Positions 46,441 to 58,705 of a DNA stretch of 64,000 nt are shown piece by piece. How positions within the stretch are numbered: the stretch's first letter is position 1; each line of letters starts with the position of its first letter. A program made the position numbers and the translations under genes. The DNA is taken from assembly GCF_009914755.1 (NCBI RefSeq), contig NC_060925.1; one strand, written 5' to 3'. The stretch is from the human T2T-CHM13v2.0 reference genome, Homo sapiens. Below the pieces are notes generated by a model that did not search any database, was not told the origin of the DNA, and saw only the letters and a list, made by a program, of their open reading frames with translations.

Positions 46441-47232
46441 GGGGGGGGGTCAAGCATTGCTGGGCGACAGTAGCACAGAAAGCCCGGTGATTTGATGACA
46501 ATGTGAAGATCACCAGCCAAGCCTTGTGCCTATTTGTCTATTTTGAATGCTGCTTTTGCTACCCTATAATTATCTTGATTATGAATGACTGGAAATCTGC
46601 CATCCTGATCATTTGAATCATGTCAAAAAGAAATGAGGTGTCTACTCTAAAGAGTTGGGAAGTTAATCTTGTAGTAGAAAATTGAAATCTTTTTTATCTC
46701 TTGTATGCAATTCACTCGGCATACTTTATTTAAATGAAGTTTATTAATAGTTGATTATCTGTACATAAGAAACTGCTACTAAAAGTTACACTGGCTTTCA
46801 AAACTCTGCAAAACCATTTATGCCATTAGAGATTATCTGAAAATATTTTTTGTACTTCTAGAAAACAATACATGTATAAATATATATAAATAACAATAAG
46901 TTGTTGCAAATAGAAAATCACCTTATTTTCTGTGTTACCTTCAGCAAAGTCATGTTTGAAAGTCTGTGCTTATAACAGTGGTGGTACACAGCCTATAAAA
47001 GTTGTTTCTCAAACTGAAAAGCATAGCTGGTCTGATTGGGGTCACTGCATGTAATTAGCTTGCTTGCTCCATAAATGAATGGCAGATTTGTTTTATTCCA
47101 AATGATATCTTAATTTTCACCGATTAAATTACATTTTATTTTGGTTTGGAAGGTTCACCCTCACTATGTAAAGCAACCACATCCTGCAGTTGTCACTAAG
47201 TTAACACCATAAGTATGTTTAAAAGAATTGTT

Positions 47233-47525
47233 GGCCAAGCATGGTGGCTTATGCCTGTAATCTCAACACTTTGAGAGACCGAGACGGAAGGATTGCTTGA
47301 GCCTCGGAGTCTGAGACCACCCTGGGCAACATAGCGAGACCTCCATCTCTACAAAAAATAGATTGAAAAATTTAGCCAGGTGTGTTGGCATACCCTGTAA
47401 TCCCAGCTACTTGGAAGGCTGAAGCAGGAGGATGACAGGAGGAATTGCAGCTTGCAGTGAGCCATCGTTGTACCACTGCACTGCAGCCTGGGTGACAAAG
47501 TGAGACCCTGTCTCAAAAAAATAAA
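47233..47525 (+). mobile_element. AluJ
   Basis: ggattgcttgagcc..ctgggcaacatagcgagacc diagnostics; more diverged than the AluS copies. Confidence 0.9.
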
Positions 47526-48234
47526 ATTGTGACAATAAAATAGTGATGATGCATTTATGCAAACACCATCTTGGAAAAAGGGTATCTCTGTTTTTCCATA
47601 AAATGGAATTGCACCCCAATTTTTCAGAAAGTTTTTCCTGAGATTGGTATACAAAGGAAATCTGTTCAGTTCTTTGAATTGTTGACTCTACATCAGGAAT
47701 TGAAATGTGTACTCTAATGTTCTTGCTTTGATCTCTCATTTGACTGTTTATCAAAGCTGATTACAGTTTGAATACCCAAATCCCGTTAGCTTCAAAACTA
47801 TGTAAAATAATGTATAATAGAGCATTTTAAGAGATTTTTTTCTTATTCCAGTTTGTCTTTATGATTGTGATATGGCTATTAGGTTTGGTAAGAAGCTTTG
47901 GTTTTATATTTTGTTCCCTCGATAAGAATCAGTCTTCTGCCAAATTGGATTAAAGTTTTTGTTTCGGCCAAACTTGCTCACGCAACTAAGCAACAGCTGT
48001 TTCGGTGAACATCAAAAGAAGTCATTATGAACAAATGAAACTTACTTTATTCCACTAAACACAATTTAGGAGCTTATGCTTTTTGAAAAGCTGTATGTGT
48101 TTTCTTTATTGAATATAACATTGGAATATAATTATTAGTTGACTTACTCAGTTAAACATTATGTATGATATCACTTTAAGAATTTTGAGATCTTCAGGTC
48201 CAGAATTTTCCAAGGATATTTATCTATTAAGTTT

Positions 48235-48370
48235 CTACTGATTATTGGAGGCACCGTGCTAAGTATTTTGTACATGTTAACAGATGAATCTGCCTAAAGT
48301 CACAGAGCTAATTTAAGTGGCAAAATCAGGAATCGAATACAGATCTCTGGCATCTTGTTCTACTGTGGTG
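48235..48370 (-). mobile_element. MIR remnant
   Basis: tgcctaaagtcacagagcta..agtggcaaaatcaggaatcgaa. Confidence 0.6.
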
Positions 48371-49158
48371 TGTTTTTAAGTTTCATAAATCATTTACTTT
48401 AATCTTCTAAAATAGTCTAGAAATTCCTTCTTCTAATCTGCCTGAATCTCTGTACTTTGCAAAGAAAAAGCAAAGATATGTGAGGGCAACTGAAAAAATA
48501 ACCTTCCTGAAAATAGTATGCATTGTAGTGCTTTTGTTATTTTGCCTAAACAAACTTTATGTGTTCCTAGAATTGTTTCTGGAAGCAAATCATCTTTTAT
48601 GCTAGGCAACTCAGAGCAGATTTTGTATAAAACAATATGTTCGTGCTGGAGCCTTTTCAAAGTAAAATCATAGGATATTCATTCTTTTTTTAATATAGTT
48701 AACAATTGACCTGTAAGTTTATACAAACAATCTGACATACAAAAAGGGAAAGAAAAGAAAGAAAAAAGTATCTGCTGCCACCTGAAATGATCCCTGTGAA
48801 ATCCTGAAAATCCTGGCAAAGAGTGGCAACGTGACACTGGGTTATGACTTTGCAGATACCATGCAAACCTTTGAAAGAACACTGTCTTGAGGCTGTAAAA
48901 CATGAACTAGCCTAAGCCGTACTATTGTGTTGTAAGTAGTGATAAAGACACTGACAGTTCTCGAGTGACCATGGGTTTTATTTCATGCACAGTTCCCATT
49001 TTTTTATAATCAATTTGCCCTGCTCCACTGTGTCTCCTAAGTTCTCCAAATGGCCCCACATGTGACCCAAAGAGGAATGATAATAAAAAGACAACTTCTT
49101 CTTTAACTAGTCCCAGGATTTATTTTTTACATTTTACTTTTTTTTTGTCCTGTTACTC

Positions 49159-49415
49159 AGTGATTTTCAAACTGTGGGTCACAAACCATTAGTGAGTCAT
49201 GAAATCAGTTTAGCAGGTCCCAACTAATGTTTTAAAATCTGATAGATAGGCTAAAAATATCAGAGAGCATTGCATGAAATAAGAGTATCTTCAAAACTTT
49301 CAGGTCAAACATATATTAATATGTATGGAGGTATGGGGAAATGGGTGAAGGTGAAGTAGTACATAATTCCTAGAATGCTTACTTGTCAAAAAAAAAAAAT
49401 GAAGTCACAGCCATA
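49159..49415. mobile_element. hAT-Charlie-type MER remnant
   Basis: cagtgattttcaaactgtgggtc..ccattagtgagtcatgaaatca resembles a Charlie terminus; subfamily not determined. Confidence 0.45.
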
Positions 49416-50072
49416 CTTTAAGTGATGGAGTTCTTATGTTATTTTAAGCAGTTCGAAATACTGATTTAATCTCCTTAAATTTGACCTTTGGGTTTGTAGC
49501 AGATCACAATTCTTTATTTTTAAATAAAAATGATAGCAAGTAAATGGGTATATTATCACATTCCCCCTTTTCAGAACAGACCATGATCTGTTCACCTGTG
49601 GTCTGATATGAACTATTGAAATGAGTTCAAAATTCTTAACATAACTGAGAAATGTCACATACCATTTCTGTTTAGGGTTTTTTTTTTTGACGTGTTTACA
49701 CCTTTGCTTGAGGGAATTATTTCCACTAATTGTTGGCATTTAAACACTGACACATCTGATGTAAATATGAAACTAGTGTTTTCTTTTCTCAGGTTAATGT
49801 GACTGAGTTAAAGAAATTTTTTCAGAATCTGAAATTTTTGATTAGATAATATATCTTGTCTGTGTCAATATAATAAGATCAACTTAATTAAAATTAAGTA
49901 GAATCATTTAAATCATGTATCTATGACATCCATAGATTTGAAATAAGCTTCTGGTTGTAGTACAATAGAATTAATAATTAAAATAAGTTACGTTATGTAG
50001 GGCAGATGTTGCTTGAAATAGTGTAACAACTTATCATTTATCTCATGTACTTTTATTTTCTTGCACTTTCAG

Positions 50073-50124
50073 CCAAAATTGACCAAGAGGCAGAGGAAAA
50101 TTCACTGACAGAGACTCATAAATG
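50073..50124 (+). CDS. FMN2: Internal coding exon of formin-2 (FH2 domain), 52 nt, phase 1 to phase 2
   Basis: Polypyrimidine tract ttttattttcttgcactttcAG (50071-72) and donor aaatg|GTgaga (50125). The translation (A)KIDQEAEENSLTETHK(C) continues the previous exon in frame. Too short to appear in the ORF track. Confidence 0.95.
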
Positions 50125-51403
50125 GTGAGAAATTACTTTATTTCCTCCCAGAATAGCGTTATAACATGCTAAGTGTATTTCATCTTAAGGAACCAATTTT
50201 TAGTTCAATTTTAATTTTCAAGCATAAAACAAAAATAAATCTAATAAAATGGTGTGCTCTAAATCTACAATGAATTTCTGAATTTTATTTTTGTTATTCT
50301 GGGTAACATATAATTCTGTTAAATACCAAATTATTGTGAATAGCTTAGCATCTTCTCTTTTACCTGGGATTTAGAACTATGGAAATACACAAAAGAAGGA
50401 AGATAGCAAGAACCTGTTTCAGAGTTTGGGTTATCAAAAAAAAACTATGTGATTTCCATATTCAAAAGTGAAGTCTAGGTAGGAAGCGATGAGCTTCCCT
50501 TGGATGCACCTTCATTTCCAGAATGGAGACTTGCAATTATGGGTAAACATAGAAAATATCTCAGAAATCTCCCTGCTTTTCTGCCTCCATTTTCTCTTCT
50601 TCTCGCATCTCTCTATATACGTCAGGGTTCTGTAGAAAAAAAGAACAAACTGGCGATACAGATATAAACACACACACACAGGCATACCTCATTTTATTGC
50701 ACTTCTCTTTGCTGTGCTTTGCAGATAAGTGTATTTTTTTTTTTTCACAAATTGAAGGTTTGTGGCAACTCTGCTTCTAGCAAGTCTATCGGTGCCATGT
50801 TTCCAACAGCATGTGCACACCTCATGTCTCTGTGTTACATTTTGGTAATTCCTGTAATATTTCAAACATTTTATTTTTATTATCTATCACCACAGGTGAT
50901 CTGTGATCAGTGATCTTTTATGTTACTATTGTAATTGTTCTGGGACACCATGACCTGACCCATATAAGACGGCAAACGTAATAGAAAAATATTGTATGTT
51001 CTAACTGTTCCACCAACCATCTGTTCCCTTGCGTCTCCCCTCTCCTCAGGCCTCCCCGTATTCCCTGAGACACAACAATATTGAAATTAGGCCAATTAAT
51101 TACCCAACAGTGGCCTCTAAGTATTCAAGTGAAAGAAAGAGTCACACATCTCTCACTTTAAAACAAAAGCTAGAAATGGTTAACCTTAATGAGGAAGGTA
51201 TATCCAAAGCCAAGATATGCCCAAAGCTAGACGTCTAGTGCCAAACAGTTAGCCAAGTTATGAATGCAAAGAAAAAGTTCTTGAAGGAAATTAAAAGTCT
51301 ATTTCAATGAACACATGAATGATAAGAAAGCAAAACAGCATTCTTGCTGCTATGGGGAAAGTTTAAGTGGTCTTAATAGAAGATCAAACCAGCCACAATA
51401 GTC

Positions 51404-51904
51404 TGTTACACAATAGTCTGTTGCCAGGGGTTTGGTTTAGCACAGCTACTTGCCACACAGAAAGCCAATCACTGAGATGAGTATTGCCAGGGAAGAAGGC
51501 TTTAATTGGGTGCTGCAGCCGAGGCGATGGGAGCTCAGTCTCAAATCCATCTCCCTGACTAACTAAAATTAGGGATTTATATAGCAGGGAAGAAATGTAA
51601 CCATGTGTGGGAGAACAGGAATTAGGGAGGGGTAAGGAAGAGGAGGTACTCAGCAGCAAGCAGCTGGTGGGTTAGGCAGTCACAATGGGTGAAGGGTCTG
51701 GCCTCTCATTGTCCAGATGCAATGATCTGGTGAGTTTCAGTTCCTTGATACTGTCTTGGAAGCCTGATGGTTGGTTTCTGGAGAAAGGAACTCAAAAAAG
51801 ACAAATGTAACTTTCTCAAGTTTCAAGACCAGAAGGGTCAGTTTCTATGTTTATTCAAATTAAATCATAAACATCAGTTCTATGGGACCATTGAGCCTGT
51901 TTCA
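51404..51904 (-). mobile_element. ERV1/MER4-group solo LTR (subfamily undetermined)
   Basis: TG..CA termini (tgttac..gtttca), about 500 bp, 4-bp TSD a(g/t)tc; it interrupts colinear Tigger1 sequence. Confidence 0.75.
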
Positions 51905-52247
51905 ATTCCCTTAAACCAAAGCCTAATCCAGAGCAGGGCCCTAACTCTATTCAATTCTGTGAAGGCTGAAATAGGTGAGGAAACTGGAGAGGAAAAGTTT
52001 GAGGCCAGTAGAAGTGGGGTCATGAAGTTTAAGGTAAGAAACCTCTGTAACAAAAGAGTGCAAGGTGAAGCAACAAGTGCTGATGGACAAGCTACAAGCT
52101 ATCCAGAAGATCTAAGATAATTCATGAAAGTAGCTAAACAACATATTTCCAATGTAGATGAAACATCTTCTGTTGGAAGAAGATGCCATCTAGGATTTTC
52201 ATAGCTAGAGAGAAGTCAATGCCTGACTTTAAAGCTTCAGAGAACAG

Positions 52248-52619
<372 letters not shown>

Positions 52620-53863
52620 TCAGTTGAAGCCAGTGCACATTCACCATTCTGAAAATGCTAGGGCCCATAGGAATTATGCCAAATCTCCTCTGCCTGTGCT
52701 GTATAAATGGAACAACAAAGCCTGCACATCTGTTTACAGCATAGCTTACTGAATATTTTAAACCCATTGCTGAGACCCATTGCTCAGGAAAAAAAGAAAA
52801 GATTGCCTTCAAAATATCACATCTCATGGACCATGCACTTGGTCACCCAGGAGCTCTGCTGGAGATGTACAAAGAGAATCACGTTTCGATGCCTGCTAAC
52901 ACAGCATTCATTTTGTAGCTCATGGATCAAGGAGTAATTTTGACTTTCAAGTCTTATTATTTAAGAAATACATTTGGTAAGGCTATAGCTGCCATAGGTA
53001 GTGATTCCTTTAAGAGATCTGGGTGAAGTAAATTGAAACCTTCTGGAAAGGATTCACCATTCTAGATGCCATCAATAACATTCATAATTCCTGGAAGCAG
53101 GTCAAAATATCAGCGTTAACAGGAGTTTGGAAGAAGTTAATTGTAACCCTCACAGATGGTTTTGAGGATTCCAAGACATCAGTGGAGAAAGTAACTGCAA
53201 ATGTGGTAGAAATAGAAAGAGAATTAGAGGTAGAGTCTGAAGATGTGACTGAGTTGCTCCAATCTCATAATAAAATTTGAACAGATGAGGAGTTGCTTCT
53301 TATGAATGAGCAAAGAAAGTAGTTTCTTGAGGTGGAATCTACTCGTGGTTAAGATGCTATGAACGTTGTTGAAATCACAACAAAGAATTTAGAATACTAC
53401 ATCAACTTAGTTGACAAAGCAGCAGCAGGGTTTGAGAGGATTTACTCCAATTTTGAAAGAAGCTCTACTGTGAGTAAAGTGCTACCAAATGGCATCATAT
53501 ACTACAGAGAAATCTTTTGTGAAAGACTGAATTGATGTGGCAGATTTCATTGTTGTCTTATTAGCCACCCCAGCCTTCAGCAACCACCATTCCAATCAAT
53601 CAGTAGTCATCAACATCAAAAAGATATTAAGTCACTGAAGACTCAGATAATTGTTAACACTTTTTAGTAATAAAGTATTTGCTAATAAAGTATGCATTTT
53701 GTTTTTCAGATGTAATTCTGTTGCATACTTAATAGACTATAGTATAATGTAAACATAACTTTTATATGCACTAGGAAACCAGAAAATTCGTGTAACTCTA
53801 TTACAATATTCATTCACTTTATTGCAGTGGTCTGGAACCAAACCCACAATATCTCCGAGGTTT

Positions 53864-53865
<2 letters not shown>

Positions 53866-53909
<44 letters not shown>
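53866..53909. repeat. (GT)22 microsatellite
   Basis: Read directly. Confidence 0.95.
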
Positions 53910-53912
<3 letters not shown>

Positions 53913-54009
53913 GAAAGATAGAGAATTGACTCATGCGATTGTAAAATTGGCAAGTCTAAAATTAGCAGGGCAAGCTGACAATTCTGGTAGGAGTTGATGT
54001 TGCAATCTT

Positions 54010-54900
54010 TTTTTTTTTTCTCTTTATAAATTTTAACTTTTAGATTAAGGGGTACACGTGCAGGTTTGTTACATGGGTACATTGCACGACACTGAGGCTT
54101 AGAATCTAAATGGTTCTGTCATCCAGGTATTGAGCGTAGTACTCAGTGGGTGGTTTTTGAGCCCGTGATCCCCCTGCATTGTTGAGTAGCCCCAGTGTCT
54201 GCTGTTCCCATGCTTATGTCTATGTGTGGTCAGTGTTTAGCTCCCACTTATAAGTGAGAATAGGCAGTATTTGGTTTTCCGTTCTTGCGTTAATTCTCTT
54301 AGGATAATGGTCTCCAGCTCCATCTGCGTTCCTGCAAAGGACATGATTTCATTCATTTTATAGTTGCATAGTATTCCATGATGTATGTGTACCACATTTT
54401 CTTTATGCAGTCCACTGCTGATGGGCACCTGGGTTGATTCCATGTCTTTGCTATTGTGAATAGTGCTGTGATGAACATACGAGTGTGTGTGTTTTTGATA
54501 GAACGCATTATTTTCCTTTGGGTGTATATCCAGTAGTGGGATTGCTGAGTCAAATGGTATTATAGTTCTGTTTTCAGTTCTTTGAGAAATCTCCAAACTG
54601 CTTTCCACAGTGGCTGAACAACTTTGCATTCCCACCAACAGTGTACAAACATTCCCTTTCCTGCACAGCCTCGCCAACATCTGTTACGTTTTGACTTTAA
54701 TAATTGCCATTCTGACTGGTGTGAGATAGTATCCCATGGTGATTTTGATTTGTATTTCTCTGATGATTAGCGATGTTGAGCATTTTTCCATGTTTGTTGG
54801 CCACTTACATGTCTTCTTTTGAGAAGTGTCTATTTATGTCCTCTGCCTATTTTTTAATTGGATTGTTTTTGCTTGTTGATTTGTTTAAGTTCCTTGTAGT
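54010..54900 (-). mobile_element. L1PA15/16-like 3' end, 5'-truncated
   Basis: Antisense L1 3' end; TSD ttgcaatctt at 54000-09 and 54902-11. Confidence 0.9.
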
Positions 54901-55057
54901 ATTGCAATCTTGAGTCTGAAGCAGTCTAGAGACAGAATTCTTTCATATTCAGGAAGCTGAGTCTTAAGGTCTTCAACTGATTGGAGGAAACCCAGCATGT
55001 TTTAAAGGGAAATCTACTTTTTTCAATGCCTAGTAATTTAAGTGTTAACCACACCTA

Positions 55058-55375
55058 GGCCAGGCACGGTGGCTCATGCCTGTAATCCCAGCACTTTGGG
55101 AGGCCGAGACAGGCAGATTACTTGAGGTCAGGAGTTTGAGACCAGCCTGGTCAACCAGCCTGGCCAACATGGCAAAACCCTGTCTCTACTAAAAATACAA
55201 AAAATTAGCCAGGCGTGGTGGTAGGGGCCTGTAATCCCAGCTATTCAGAAGGCTGAGGCATGAGAATCGCTTGAACCTGGGAGGCGGAGGTTGCAGTGAG
55301 CCAAGATCGCACTGCTGCACTCCAGCCCAGGCAACATAGACTCCTTCTCAAAAAAAAAAAAAAAAAAAAAAAAAA
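55058..55375 (+). mobile_element. AluS with a 13-nt internal duplication
   Basis: TSD gttaaccacaccta at 55044-57 and 55376-89. Confidence 0.95.
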
Positions 55376-55563
55376 GTTAACCACACCTAAAAACTGCTTT
55401 CACAATACCATCTAGACTGGTGTTTGACCCCAAAATGGGCACTATGACCTGGCCAAGTTGACACATAAAATTAACTATCACAATTTCTAAAGAGAAACCT
55501 TATTAGCCTTGAGGAAAAAATGTATTAAAGAAGTTCTCTGCCATTAATTCAGTAGGCAAGATC

Positions 55564-55868
55564 TTTTTTTTTTTTTTTGAGACATAATCTTGCTCTGTCA
55601 CCCAGACTGGAGGACAGTGGCACCATCTCAGCTCACTGCAACCTCCATCTGCCAGATTCAGACAATTCTCATTCCTCAGCCTCCCCAGTAGCTAGAATTA
55701 CAAGCGTGCACTGCCATACCCAGCTAACTTTTTTTTTCTTGTATTTTTAGTATAGATGGGGTTTTGCCATGTTGGCCAGGCTGGTCTCAAACTCTTGGCC
55801 TCAAGTGGTCTGCCCGCCTTGGCCTCCCAAAGAGCTGGGATTACAGGGATGAGCCACCGTGCCTGGCC
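55564..55868 (-). mobile_element. AluS(z)-like
   Basis: Degenerate TSD ggcaagatcttttt / ggcgacatcttttt. Confidence 0.93.
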
Positions 55869-56244
55869 GGCGACATCTTTTATATTCACTGAACAGATAT
55901 CACATATTTAGTAGTTCTTGGCTTGATATAAAATATTGTCTTAGCAAACTAGTAAACAGAATTCTCCAGTTTCTGTGAAAAGCAAAAGCTGAGGTCAAAG
56001 GCCTGAAATTATAAAATCAGAAATTTCAGTGAGTTGCATGAAAAAATTACTAGCAAATGACAAAATCGTTAGTAAAAGAGCCATCTTTTATAATTAAACA
56101 ATGAACCCCAAAATTCAAAAGTAAAAATAAGAATAATGAATCATATGAAACATTTGACGTTTCTCCGAAGAAATAAGTCTGTGTGCCATTTTCTCAGCAG
56201 TCCTATGTAACCGGGGCAACAATCAGTAGTAATTCTGTGCAGGA

Positions 56245-56820
56245 AAGCAGTGTAACTCTGATCCTCTGGCCTTTTGAGTCTGAATCTTATCTTGCCTCTT
56301 ACACATGATAGCTCTATGACCTTAGACCAATCCCTTCACCCCAGGAAAATAGTATCTACTTTGTAGGTGAGAATTAAATGATCTCTGGCAGATGCTTAGT
56401 CCCAAGTGATCAATAGATGTTAATTGCTATGTTATTTTCACATTATTTTTATAATCAGAAATTATAAAAAGTTTAGTGGTAGAATTAGAAACCAGAGTCA
56501 GATTTCAGACTCGGGCAATGTATTTGTTTGTTGTCATGTTTCTCGCTGTCTCCATGGATTGCAGCCCTGGGCAGTCTCGGATGGTTATGGAGCATAGATT
56601 TTGGAATCAGCTCTGTATTTTGGTACCTGCACCAAACTGCTGGCACCATGGCTCCGAGGATTTATCTCAGGTTTTGAATCCATGTCCTTATCTGTGAGAA
56701 AAAGAAAAACAATGTCCACATTATAAATGTGGTGATCAGTTCATTACTTAACTGATTAAGTAGGTTAAATGAGTAAAATATGTATGTCGAGTATCAACTT
56801 CATAAGAGCTCTTCACAATT
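56245..56820 (+). mobile_element. Two MIR remnants
   Basis: tttgagtctgaatc..atgaccttagac (about 56250-56430) and atggttatggagcatagattttggaatcag (about 56575-56820). Confidence 0.55.
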
Positions 56821-56839
56821 TCCTTTTCTTCCATTTACC

Positions 56840-58010
56840 ATAATACCTGAGCTTGGGAGACTGACTTTTAGCATGAACTATCTTCATAGCAACCATTAAA
56901 CTGGAAAAAACAATATAAAACAGTTATTTAACATGTCTAGAAATTGTTCTATGGACTTGCAGCAAATGAGGAATCATTTGTCCAAGAAAATCTAAATCAT
57001 GGTAAGAACAGTGAGAGTCTAAGGCATTCGAATCACTCCCTGTTGTGTCCTATTACGTCTTATGGGAGCCGCTGCAGGAGCTCTAATCCAGACACTTATG
57101 GTAATGAAGATAGGAGCTTCCACTCTCCCAAGCTCCTACGCTGAGGTTATGGCTTCTCACTGAGTCAGCAGGCTGCCAGAATTACTCATTCCACCACCTC
57201 CAGCTTATTGCAGACGTTCTGTTCCAGACTAACAATGCAGATAAGAGGGGGCTCCCTTTCTCAACACTTCCTTACTTAAAGGGCAGATGCTCCAGCTCAG
57301 GTGTAGCCAACCGAGAATGCTGGGCCCCAGTGCTTCCACTCTAGCTGATTTTAGGGCAGAGATTCTACACCAGGAGGGAGAATACATGAAGACTAGGGGC
57401 CCCCCACCTCAGCTCCTTCTTACACAGCAGGAGTGTTGCTTTGGAAGAAGTGGACCACTGTCCTAATCCTAGCTTTAACCATTGTGCAGGTGCACAGAAG
57501 TCCTGCCCAGAGCTCTACAGATCTGCTTGAGAAGGCAGATTTTGTTTGGAACAGAACATGAAGAATTTCATACCTAAGAGCTTCGTCTGAAAGAATAGAG
57601 GTCTAGATGGAGAGCAGTTGAGAGGGCGTTCGCAGCTCCATGATACAGCAGCAACAAGCAAAATGGCTAAGCAATCAGAAGTTTAACAGAGAGATCAAGG
57701 GAAGAAGATAGCCAAGAAGGATCCTTTTGGGATCATAATCAATCCCAGAGGTTGGAAGGCTGTGCATAAGCTTACTAGGCTGCACCCACTAATGAGCATC
57801 AGATCAGGAGGTCAGGCTGACGTGGAAACAATCCCCAAGCTGTGTAGGGATCCATGAATATATGCTGTAAGCCTCACTGGCAGCAGGGAACTCAGCGCAA
57901 CCGCTGGCCACCACTGGCAGAACAATAAGATATGTAACCCAGGGGCAACTCATGGGAAGCCAGGCTAAAAAATAAAATCACCTATATTCCTTCATATAGT
58001 CTGTCTAATA
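56840..58010 (+). mobile_element. Old L1M 5'-region fragment
   Basis: cagcaaatgaggaatcatttgtccaagaaaatcta..ggtaagaacagtgagagtct resembles L1MD/L1M4 5' ends. Confidence 0.45.
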
Positions 58011-58405
58011 GCCACAAAATAAGCACACCAGCATCAGCCGAGTTAACTGCTTCTAGGACCTTGTATGTAAGCAGGCAGAAACATTTCTGCCTGGTGTACT
58101 GTGGGCTTCCACCTGCCCGGCTGGCTGGTAGGCTGCCTCCTCTCAGGCCTTTGAGGGAATGGTGGACTTTGACCCAGATTCTAGAGTCCCAGGTCTCCTT
58201 CCCAGCTTTGAGGCCTTGAATATTTTATCTGCCACCCCAATCTCAACAGTGGCTCACCATATGTACTCTCTCCCCATGTAAATTTCTTTAGAACCCAAAG
58301 CCTCAGTTTTTTATGGAGTTCTTCTTTTGCTTGAATTGGCCAAGACTTTCTTTACTTCCCCCCGACCACCACACACACACACAATTGAAACAAAATACAT
58401 ACACA

Positions 58406-58705
58406 GGCCGGGGGCGGTGGCTCACACCTTTAATCTCAGCACTTTTGGAGGCCGAGGCAGGCAGATCACCTGAGGTCAGGAGTTCAACAACAGCCTGGCC
58501 AACATGGTGAAATCCCATCTCTACTAATAATATAAAAAAATTAGCCAGGTATGGTGGCATGCACCTGTAATCCCAGCTACTCCGGAGGCTGAGGCAGAAG
58601 AATCGCTTGAACCCGGGGGTCAGAGGTTTCAGTGAGCTGAGATGGAGCCACTGCACTCCAGCATGGATGACAGAGTGACACCCCATCTAAAAAAAAAAAA
58701 AAAAA
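58406..58705 (+). mobile_element. AluS(x)
   Basis: Full sense Alu. Confidence 0.95.

Noticed and set aside
46990-47060. TATAAAAG plus reverse CCAAT as an internal promoter
   Set aside because: The CCAAT box lies downstream of the TATA, there is no CpG island, and such motifs occur by chance in AT-rich DNA.
49770-49800. Strong acceptor ttttcttttctcAG|gttaat 280 nt upstream of the 52-nt exon
   Set aside because: No convincing paired donor, a poor regenerated donor, and isolated acceptor-like motifs are frequent in T-rich introns.
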